From IMG/VR virus record IMGVR_UViG_3300043411_002794, positions 128,195 through 192,194 of that record: 64,000 nt of DNA. The stretch is one strand, 5' to 3'. The DNA is from a virus. The notes under the pieces are model-generated. The model did not search any database. It was not told where the DNA came from and saw only the letters and a list, made by a program, of their open reading frames with translations. Positions 25,992 to 35,000 of the stretch are shown here, one piece after another (the first letter of the stretch is position 1; each line of letters opens with the position of its first letter). A program made the position numbers and the translations under genes.

Positions 25992-28571
25992 TTAGTTTCC
26001 TGCGATCGGAGCCAGATCCACTTCGCCCGAGGACTCTTCGGGGTACGGTTCGACGGACTTCTGCTTGAGGAAGATCACGACGTCGCCGAGACCTTCGAAC
26101 GAATTGCGAAGTGCGTCTTCCAGCTCCGGCATGTCTTGCTTACCGAACCGCTCGGCGAACCGATCGCCGTGCCAGTAGAACATGAACAAGATCCGGCCCA
26201 GGCTATCAAGGCCTTTAGCAAGCGGACCCATGTAACGATCGATCATCGTATCGTCACGGACCGCCTTGAGCATCGAGCCGATGGCCGACGCGTCGAAGAC
26301 TTCCGTCTGGTCGCTGCCGCCGGCTTGTTGCATGGTTCCGGCATCTTGCGGGCCGATCGGTTTGTCGTACTTCGGGTTCGGGTTGTAGACCTGCGGATCC
26401 GTGAGCCAGCCTTGCAGCCCCGGGACTTCGCTGATTTGGGTGTCCGAGTAGCGCGTGCGGGCGCTATCATGCATGAAATTGCCGCTTTCCGGCTGCGGCT
26501 CGTTGTAAGGCGGCGAGCCGACCGACGAGTCCGTCAGATACGGCGAATTGCCCTGCTGGGCGTAGCCGTACTTCACGTGGAACGAGAAGGCACTGCGGTG
26601 CTGGGCCCGGCCCATCAGCTCGCGGGCTTCTTTCTCCCGGAAGCCGTGATCACGCACCAGGTGCACCAACGCGTCACGGTGATGCAGCGAGCGTTCGTTG
26701 ACGGTGACTGTCGGGCCGTCGACCTTGATGCTCATGAGCGGGAATTCGTTCGCCAGTGCGACCTTCAGTTGCTTCGGCGTACCGAGTTCGAACGCTTCCT
26801 TGGTCGTCTTCTCCGCCTCGGAGTGCGGCTTGAAGTTCTGCGTGAACATGTGCATCTGCACGTCGACGAGATTGCCCGGGCTGATCGGCGGCTTTTTGCT
26901 GGCGCCGTCGAGCGGACCGCTGACGTCCACGTCGTTGCTGTCGCTGCTGCGGACAAGGTCGTATCGCGAGGATTCGACCGTCAGCAGCTTGAAGCCCTTC
27001 GGGACGTACATGTCGCCGCGCTGGGACGTGATCTTCGTGCCCTGCTTGGCGTCGAGGTGGATCCGTTGCCCGTCGCGGTACGAACAGTACGAATCGTCGG
27101 ACCATTCCGGCGAAACGCGCGGACCGCCCGTGTTGAACTGGCGGTCGACGTACGTATCGAAATCGACGTCGTAGCACTTATCGTTTTCATCGAGCCCGAG
27201 TTCGCCGCGGACGCGGAACGGAACCGTAGCGTCGCCCTCAGGCCCGATCAGGATGTAGCGGGTGTAACCCTTGCTCAGCGTGCCCGGCTCCGACAGCGAC
27301 TCGAACCACGACTTGAATTCGCTCTTGTCGTATTCTTTGCCGACCCAGACGGCCGCCGTCGCGCAGTTGATCCAGTCCTTACCGCCGCCGTCGAGACGGA
27401 CGACGGTGCAACCGCCCAGCCGCTTATCCGGCCCGGCACCGTGGACCACCACCAAGCACTTCTCGAACTTGTTCGGTTTGACGAGCACGTCGAACAGCCC
27501 GGTTTCGCTGGGGTTTTGCAGGCGTTGTTCAACCTGCAGGCTGTACGCGACCGAGACTTCCTCGGCCTTCCGCTCGTCTTTGATCAGCAGCTTGTCGCGG
27601 GCCAGTCGTTCAGCCTCTTCATCCGAGATCCCGGCCGGCCGCACGGGATTACTCGAGCTGTCGTAGGTCATGATCTGCAACGCACCGGTTTTAATCGGGT
27701 GCGGGATCGCTTCTTCGGCCAACAGGGAGCCGGTCTTGATGCGGAGCGGCTCCTTGACCGGCGTCAGGATGCTGCGGGTGCGGGCACGGGCGCCGGCCAG
27801 CTTGATCGCTTCGTTGATCACGCCGAGACCGTGGAACCGATCGAACGACTGACCGATCTCCGGATAGTCTTGGAACGTCTCCACCAAGCGGCCGAGCATT
27901 TGCAGCCCAGCTTGCTTGAGAAACGTCGGCAAATGCAGATTGGCGTGCAGCTTCTTGAACTCGGCGTCGATGTCGGTCGTGGCAGCGCGGGCCAGCGCGG
28001 GCATCGCCTCGGCCATTTCTTCGGCAAACGAGCCTTGCTTGAGCGACGGCGAATTGCTGAGCCGGCTGAGGTCCGGCGTCAACATACCGAGCAACGACGA
28101 GTTACGGCCGACGCCGGAGCCCATGATATTGGGCTTCTTGTTGAGAATGTCGTTGACCCAGTTTTCCTGCAGCGGCACGAACACGTCCTGATTTTTCAGG
28201 TACAAAAGCTCATGGCCTTTGAGCGTGCCGTTGAGGAAGAACACCGGGGCCAGCAGGAGGCTGCTGCCGACGCGGAAACCGAAGACACCGATCGCTTTGT
28301 TATTGTCTTCGTTGCGATCGAGCAGCTGGAAGCCAATTTCGTGGTCCAGCAACGTCGGGGCAGAGTCCCGCAGGTACGCATGAGCGAGATTGCTGAAGGC
28401 CTGTTCGAACGGAACGTCGTTACCAGCCTGACTGGCACTAGCGGTCTTAGCGATCGCCAGCTCCCCGTGAGGGATCGCGAACGTCGCCATCTTCGTCAAC
28501 CAGAAACGAACTGCAGGCGATTGAGCCTTACGCATGTCGTGCTCCATCCATGGAACAAGGTCCGCGCTCAT
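25992..28571 (-). CDS. Large hypothetical virion protein
   Basis: 859 aa clean ORF; KTAS, KQAG, KLAG motifs at segment boundaries. Confidence 0.8.
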   Translation of the reverse strand: MSADLVPWMEHDMRKAQSPAVRFWLTKMATFAIPHGELAIAKTASASQAGNDVPFEQAFSNLAHAYLRDSAPTLLDHEIGFQLLDRNEDNNKAIGVFGFRVGSSLLLAPVFFLNGTLKGHELLYLKNQDVFVPLQENWVNDILNKKPNIMGSGVGRNSSLLGMLTPDLSRLSNSPSLKQGSFAEEMAEAMPALARAATTDIDAEFKKLHANLHLPTFLKQAGLQMLGRLVETFQDYPEIGQSFDRFHGLGVINEAIKLAGARARTRSILTPVKEPLRIKTGSLLAEEAIPHPIKTGALQIMTYDSSSNPVRPAGISDEEAERLARDKLLIKDERKAEEVSVAYSLQVEQRLQNPSETGLFDVLVKPNKFEKCLVVVHGAGPDKRLGGCTVVRLDGGGKDWINCATAAVWVGKEYDKSEFKSWFESLSEPGTLSKGYTRYILIGPEGDATVPFRVRGELGLDENDKCYDVDFDTYVDRQFNTGGPRVSPEWSDDSYCSYRDGQRIHLDAKQGTKITSQRGDMYVPKGFKLLTVESSRYDLVRSSDSNDVDVSGPLDGASKKPPISPGNLVDVQMHMFTQNFKPHSEAEKTTKEAFELGTPKQLKVALANEFPLMSIKVDGPTVTVNERSLHHRDALVHLVRDHGFREKEARELMGRAQHRSAFSFHVKYGYAQQGNSPYLTDSSVGSPPYNEPQPESGNFMHDSARTRYSDTQISEVPGLQGWLTDPQVYNPNPKYDKPIGPQDAGTMQQAGGSDQTEVFDASAIGSMLKAVRDDTMIDRYMGPLAKGLDSLGRILFMFYWHGDRFAERFGKQDMPELEDALRNSFEGLGDVVIFLKQKSVEPYPEESSGEVDLAPIAGN

Positions 28572-28630
28572 GTTGAGGCGGCGCTACGGCGAATAACTTA
28601 ACAACTTCTAGGCAGTGACTCTACAGGAGA

Positions 28631-29089
28631 TCACCCGCCCGGGGTTTGTGACGCCGCCGCGGCTTGCTGGCCAAAATCCTTCGCGGACGGGCCGTCAAAC
28701 AGCGGAGCCATCGTATTTTTACCACGAACGAACCCGGCCATCCCGGCAATTGCAGGCAGTCCGCCGCTTCGCAAGACGCCGCCCATCGGCATCAGCGCAT
28801 GCAGCAATTGCGGGGCCGCCTTCTGTAAAGCCGGCATAACCGAGGACATCAAACCGGCCTGCTGCAGCTGCGGCGCGACGGCCTTACCGGCGTCGGAGAC
28901 GGCGTTGACGCCCTTGTTCAACCACTGCAAACCAGTGTCCGCCACGTCACGAAAACTCCAGCCGCCGGACGGTGCCGGGGTTGCTGGTGCGGGCGGCGGA
29001 GACGCAGGCGATGCCGCGGGCGCAATGCTCGGTGTCTTGGCAATCGGCTGCGATAGCGGCTGAATTCCAGGCGTCTCCATAGTTACCAT
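28631..29089 (-). CDS. Pro/Ala-rich hypothetical protein
   Basis: 152 aa; overlaps the RNAP beta'C stop by 7 nt. Confidence 0.55.
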   Translation of the reverse strand: MVTMETPGIQPLSQPIAKTPSIAPAASPASPPPAPATPAPSGGWSFRDVADTGLQWLNKGVNAVSDAGKAVAPQLQQAGLMSSVMPALQKAAPQLLHALMPMGGVLRSGGLPAIAGMAGFVRGKNTMAPLFDGPSAKDFGQQAAAASQTPGG

Positions 29090-30954
29090 CCCTTAGTCGG
29101 GCCGGTGAGCCCGAAGTCTTTTCCTTCCGCAAGCGACGGCACGAAGCTGGTTCCGGCGGTGTCCGAAACGTCTCCGCGATGCACGGCCTTGAGGAGTCCC
29201 TTTTGCTGATACGAACCAAGTCCGCGAACCATCCAGTCCTGATCCTGGGAAACGCTGGCCATCCCGCGAATCATCTCCGGCGAGAACGGCGGCGGATCCT
29301 TATGCGCATGCACGGCATTCACGCCGAATTGCTGCAGCTCGTCGAGCATCTTCTTACCGATCTTCGTCCCGATCGTGTAGTGCAACACGGGTTTTTCGAG
29401 GTAATGCCCGACCACGGTGTTCGGCGGGGCCACGTAGTAACCGGGCCGCGGTTCCCAGTGTTTTTCTATGCTGGAGTACGGCACAACGTCGCCTGGTGCC
29501 CAGTCGCCAAGCTCGTCGTCGAGGCGGACGTGATTGATGAGGCCGCGCGCCACCAGCTCGATATTCCGTCGGTTTCCGTAGGTACTGCTGTTTTTGAGCG
29601 TATCCCGAAATGAATTGACGAAGTAGCGGCGACCTTCGCCAATCCCTTTGTGATGCACGATTTCAGCCGGGTTCGGCACGCCTTCAGACAGCACGTCCCC
29701 GGCTTCAACCATGTCGCCTTTCTTGACGCGAAGCGGTAGCTCGGCGGGCACGTAATGCTTGGCGTCGCCGACGATCACGAAATGCCCGCCCTGCGGGGCC
29801 GGATTGATCGCGTGGACCTTACCTTCGAGTTGTGCGTGCGTTGCCCCGTTCGGAAAGACCTCGGGCACTTGCACCAGGGCGTTGATTGCCTTGAAGCCGC
29901 CGACGGCACCCGCCGTGGCACCAGCGACGCCGCCGGAGTGCTTAGAGCTGATCGTGGCTTGTGTGACCGGTTCTGAGAGGGCGTTGGCGGCGGCAATCCC
30001 GACATAATCGCCCAACGGCGACAGGCCTTGGCGTTCCCGGTACCCGGCGTCGCGCGCATACACGCCGCCGTCCGACGGACCGCCGACGGCCGCCGAGCGA
30101 ACCAAAATGCGGCTGATACCTGCTGCCTGCAGATCTTTCAGCACGCGGGGCGTTAAATGCGTATTTCGCGGGTAATTGGCGGCCGGATGCGCCAGTAAGG
30201 CGCCTTCATTATCGGCATCGTTGACGTCCACAGGGTAACCGCGGGGCGACGCTTCATCGTACGGATCGTCGTCATCGTCGGCCGTGACCAGGAGTCGATG
30301 GGCCGCCTGCATGAGCTGTTTGGCGAAGAACCCGGCGTCCGACGTACCGGCCTTCAAGTCGATCACGCCTTTGCGCGTACCGAAGGCACCGGCAAAGTAT
30401 TCGGCCGGCGTCAGGCCTTCGCTGTAGCTGTGCATCACCGGAATCGGGATCGGTCGTCCCCGGTGGTCTTCGTAGAGCAGGTCGGCCCCGCGCAGGCTGT
30501 TCAGCGACGAAGCGTTGCCGCGACCGGCCCCGGCCAGCTGACTCGCCAGCGGGTTATCTTCGGCCTGGCTCTCCGCCAACACGTCGTCCACGAGCTTCGG
30601 CCGCACCTTCTGGATGGCGGCTACGATCGCATCGTTCCGGGCATCGCCGTCGAGCTCCGGGTTGTTCAGGATCTTCTGGATCGCTGGTTCGAGCTGCTGT
30701 TTGGCGAGCCGCGCGGACAGCGCGGGGCGAATTGCCCGCAGACCGAAAGAGTTGCCGTTGCTGAGATAGGCGGCCCGGCTGCCGACTTTCGAGAGCCGGA
30801 ACATGATGTCCCGGTACTTCTCCGGATGCTTCTCGGCGATCAGGTCGCCGAGGTCCACTATGGTCTTCTTGTTGACGACCCGGTCGTAGTCCCTGATGTC
30901 TTCGGGCAGCACCGAATTAACTAAGAGCTGACCTAAAGTCGTTTCAAGGGGCAT
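29083..30954 (-). CDS. rpoC: RNA polymerase beta' C-terminal half (bridge helix, trigger loop)
   Basis: TTLGQLLVN; GAGRGN; bridge helix YSEGLTPAEYFAGAFGTRKG...AGFFAKQL; trigger loop GIAAANALSEPVTQATISSKHSGG. Confidence 0.92.
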   Translation of the reverse strand: MPLETTLGQLLVNSVLPEDIRDYDRVVNKKTIVDLGDLIAEKHPEKYRDIMFRLSKVGSRAAYLSNGNSFGLRAIRPALSARLAKQQLEPAIQKILNNPELDGDARNDAIVAAIQKVRPKLVDDVLAESQAEDNPLASQLAGAGRGNASSLNSLRGADLLYEDHRGRPIPIPVMHSYSEGLTPAEYFAGAFGTRKGVIDLKAGTSDAGFFAKQLMQAAHRLLVTADDDDDPYDEASPRGYPVDVNDADNEGALLAHPAANYPRNTHLTPRVLKDLQAAGISRILVRSAAVGGPSDGGVYARDAGYRERQGLSPLGDYVGIAAANALSEPVTQATISSKHSGGVAGATAGAVGGFKAINALVQVPEVFPNGATHAQLEGKVHAINPAPQGGHFVIVGDAKHYVPAELPLRVKKGDMVEAGDVLSEGVPNPAEIVHHKGIGEGRRYFVNSFRDTLKNSSTYGNRRNIELVARGLINHVRLDDELGDWAPGDVVPYSSIEKHWEPRPGYYVAPPNTVVGHYLEKPVLHYTIGTKIGKKMLDELQQFGVNAVHAHKDPPPFSPEMIRGMASVSQDQDWMVRGLGSYQQKGLLKAVHRGDVSDTAGTSFVPSLAEGKDFGLTGPTKGW

Positions 30955-30961
30955 GTTTCGC

Positions 30962-31174
30962 TCATTTGCGCTGCACTAACGGCAGGTGATATTCTTTGGC
31001 GGTTTTCGCAAAAGTGGGATCGCCGAAGTTGGCACAGATATAGCTTCGCGGACCAACCTCCAAAACGAAGTTGATCAGATTACCGAAGTCGTCGTACACC
31101 AGGACATTGCCGGTAGTTTTGGTCTCTATCGGCTTGAGGCCGTCACGCAGTTCCACTTGCATTGGCATGAGCAC
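30962..31174 (-). CDS. Small hypothetical protein between the RNAP halves
   Basis: 70 aa ORF ending 7 nt before the beta'C start. Confidence 0.55.
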   Translation of the reverse strand: MLMPMQVELRDGLKPIETKTTGNVLVYDDFGNLINFVLEVGPRSYICANFGDPTFAKTAKEYHLPLVQRK

Positions 31175-31946
31175 GCTGCCGAGATTGGAGGAGACGCATC
31201 ACCGTCGCCGCCTTGGCAATCCCTGAATCGGGATCGTCGGCCATTGCGTGCGGACTGATACGCGAAACCGGATCGCCGATGTAGGAGTCGGCCTGCTTCT
31301 CATCTTCGAGCTGATGCTGCTCGTCGAGAATGCGCTGGGCAAGCATGGTACCGAACGCTGCTGCCTTGGACGCCGGGGCGGCACCTTGCATCGGTTCGAC
31401 GGGTGAGATGGCGCCCGTATCGCCGCCGGCAGCCGGTTGTTGTACCGGACCTGGATCCATGGGACCGCCGGGGACTGCAGTCTCCGCGACCGGGGCGGAC
31501 GTCATACCGGGCGGCAATACGAGCACGCCAGGCGGCAGGGTGATGCCGTGGTGATTCATGATCGCCGTCACTTGCTGCTGGATGTTGTACAACCGCGTGT
31601 CCAACATCTGCATCATTTGTTCGGGCTTGAGCTTTTGCTGGGCGGGAGCAGCCGGGGCCGCCGGAGCGCCGCCAGGCATCGAGCCGGGCAGCGGCTGAGC
31701 CGGTGCCGCCGGAGCAGGCGGAGGCATCCCACCACCGGCCATTGCAGCCGGGTCGCCAGGTGGGGGCGGAGGCATTCCACCAGCCATCGCAGCCGGGTCA
31801 CCGGGAGGCGGCATTCCGCCTGCAGCCGCTGGGTCGCCGCCCGGAGGCGGAGCCATTCCGCCGCCCGGAGGTACGAACGCACGCTTTTCCGGATTACTCA
31901 ACCGGTGCAGCGCCATCGTCATCAGTGTGTCGTCGATGCCTTCCAT
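31143..31946 (-). CDS. Pro/Gly-rich disordered protein with KxA motifs
   Basis: Start MEGIDD with GGAGG RBS; imperfect PPPGDPAAMAGGM repeats; KRAF, KAAA, KQAD. Confidence 0.7.
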   Translation of the reverse strand: MEGIDDTLMTMALHRLSNPEKRAFVPPGGGMAPPPGGDPAAAGGMPPPGDPAAMAGGMPPPPPGDPAAMAGGGMPPPAPAAPAQPLPGSMPGGAPAAPAAPAQQKLKPEQMMQMLDTRLYNIQQQVTAIMNHHGITLPPGVLVLPPGMTSAPVAETAVPGGPMDPGPVQQPAAGGDTGAISPVEPMQGAAPASKAAAFGTMLAQRILDEQHQLEDEKQADSYIGDPVSRISPHAMADDPDSGIAKAATVMRLLQSRQRAHANASGTA

Positions 31947-32004
31947 GGAACACTTCCTCCTGTGGGCGTAGTTGTACCGCGTCGCTGTAACTGACGGAAG
32001 CTCA

Positions 32005-35000
32005 CTAGGGACGCATGATCTTAATCCGTCGCGAGCCGTCGATTTCACCGCGTTCGTAAGCCCGTAATGCGTCCGCCGGGGTTTCGAACACCGTCGGGCG
32101 GTTGTGGGTATCAATTCGCGACGTCAAATGATACATGCCGCCGACGTATTCCTGACTCGGCAGGTAATGCGTACGGAATTTGGCGACGCTGAACAGGTTC
32201 TTGCTGGGGAGCATTTTCTCGGCCATTTCTTTGGCCGCTTCATCGTCTGCGGGCAAATGGAACTGCATGGCGTCACCGTCGAAGTCGGCGTTAAAGCCGC
32301 CGACCACGAGCGGCGAGATCTGCATCGTGTGCCCCTTCATGATCTTCGGCCAGAAGGCCATCACGCCATAGCGGTGCAACACCGGGGCGCGATCGATCAT
32401 CACCGGCCGCTGACCCATCTCCGACACTAGCGCTTCACGCGCAACCGGATGCTTGTTTTTAACGAGCTGGGCCGCTTGCAGTCGCGGCATCCCGCGGCGA
32501 ACCAGGTGCCGCACGGTGTACGGCGTGTAAAGATCCCAGGCCTTTTCCTCCGGAAGCCCGACGCTGTCCATGTCCAGATCCGGGTTGGGCGTAATCGTCG
32601 CTCGCCCGACAAGATCGGTGGTCGTGCTGAGCAACTTGCGCTGAATCATGCCGAACTTCGGACTCGAGCCGAAGATCTGCTTGAGTAGACCTTTGACGCC
32701 CCGCTCCTGATTCTTCGGATGCTGCGGCTCACCGAGGCCCGACACCGCCTTCATCGCGTCGTACGTCGCCAGCCGTTCGTCACCGACGTCATCAACCTTG
32801 TCGGACATCTGCTTGAGCACGTCGTTGGCGTCGAACAATTCTTTGTAAAGATAGTTGGCATCGGCCACGAGCGGCAGCTTCTTCTGACCCATCGTCGTCA
32901 CGGGGCGGAAGCGGGGCGGCAGCACCGGCACTTTACCCATGATCCAGTCTTTGGGGTGCACGCCGGTGCGGGCGGCCGCCGTCAGGAAGCCGAATTTGCG
33001 AATGGCTTCATCACGCTGGGTCTTCCGCGCGCTCTTGAGCGACAAACGGGTTTGTTCGATCTCGCGATCGAGATCGATGTTGGACAAGGCCTTGACGATT
33101 CCCTGCGGACCGCTGACGCCGTGCAGCGACTCACGGCCGGCCAGTACGTCCCGCATCTTGTTCTCAGTCAGCCCGAGAACGCGGCGAATCGGCTCTTCCA
33201 TCACAGGGTTCGGCATCGGCTCATGCAGCCGAATAGCGGACCACCGCGTGCCTTCGTGGCCGCCGGTGATAGCCTCATCAAATAGACCGCCCCGCTTCGG
33301 CTTGAGGCCGTTCTTCCAGTCCACCGTCTCGGTGTTTTGGATCTCGCGGCCGCCGGTCAGCTCGTCGACCTTAGCCGGACTCATAGCCATCAGCTGCGTC
33401 CGTGTCCCGTCTTTAACTGGATGGATCCCGGCGCCCTGCAGCATCCCAATGAACTTTTCGTAGGTCTTCGGGATTCGCGGCGTCGTCGGCTGATAGCCGG
33501 ACATGAACTGCGACCAGAACTCAGGATTCGCCTGGCCCCGAATCATCTTCGCTTCACGAATGACCTTCCCGGCGCCGTGCGACAACAGGGCACCGAGGTT
33601 GAGCATGCCGATCCGCTTAGCGCCGCTCTCGCCGCCCTTGGCCGGAGCACCTTCGCTGGTGTAGCCGCCGATGCCGCGGCCCTGGGCCTTGGCTTCCGAC
33701 GTGTGATGCAGCTTCATGAACCAACGATTCCCGGCAAAGACGTTCGGGATCTTCTTGCCGGTCTCCGGATCGATAACCGAATCCAGGTCGCTGAGGTTGT
33801 GCTTTCGCAGTTCGCTCATCGCAAACTCGACGGCATCGGTCGCCGTTCGGAACGGCACCTTATACGGCTTGCCGGTGACGGCCGCCACTTTGCCGAGAGC
33901 CGCCTCGATCATTTGGGCGGCGTTCACGCGGCTGATGACGCCGAGCGGATTGGTGAGGATCTCGTAGGGTTTGCCTTGTGCGTCAGTCGGCATCTCGTCG
34001 TCGGGAACGATCATCGAAATGACGCCCTTGTCGCCGTAGCGACCACTGAGCTTGTCGCCGACTTCAGATGGAACAGTGGCCTTCACGACGACTGTGGCGC
34101 CTTTGTCGGTGTTGACGACGTCAGTTACAGTTCCCGGGGCATGATGGTCCCAGGTGATGCTGCTATCAATGACCTCCGGTCGTCGACCACGATGGATCGC
34201 TCCATGTGTCCGTTCGCGTTCTGTGATACTAAGTACCAGGGGATCGCCGTAACGGATCTCTGTTCCTGGTTTGACGACTCCGTCGTCGGTGAACTGGTCG
34301 AGGACGGCACGATGAAATCTTCCAGGAAAGTTTGACAGGAAGGCATTCTTGCCGCGGCGGACGTCGGGTCCCCATTCGGCGACATGCTGATAGGCATGCT
34401 CGGAAGATAATCGCTTGGCAGCGCTCTCGCTGATGACGTTGGCGTCTTCAAAATTGGCTCCGCGGAAGGGCAAATATGCGACGCGCAGGTTTTTACCCAG
34501 CGCAGTAACGCCCTGACCGTCCGTGAAATTGGAGCGCGCCAAAAGCTGCCCCGGCTGAACCACGTCGCCCGGTTTGACGACAGCGGTCTGCGTGATGAGG
34601 GTGTTGTGCACGATGAGCCCGTGGTCGACACCGAACACCTCCGATTCAGCAACGCAGAAATCGTAAACATGGGCTTCGTGCGGGATTGCCTCCACGGCGA
34701 CTACCGTATCCCACATAACGTCGGACGCACCCCACTTGCCGAAGTTGCCGGTACCTGCGACCAGCCGATGCTTGGCCACAGCGCCCTTACCAGCGGTCTT
34801 GTAAACATAATTGGACGACTGCGGCAGTTCGGCATACAGCGACTTTCGGGCAAGCTTAGACACGATCGGCACCATGTCGTACGGCGACGCCCGGTACGCC
34901 CGACGAAGCAGTTCGCGGAAAAGCTGCTCGCGATCGTCGTAGAAGAACCAGCGGGAGAGCCGTGAGAGGTGGCTGCTGATGATGCGGAAGCCGTACGCGT

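Noticed and set aside
26136-28601. 821-aa + strand ORF
   Set aside because: Antisense shadow of the 859-aa - strand gene; no recognisable motifs; expected with high GC3.
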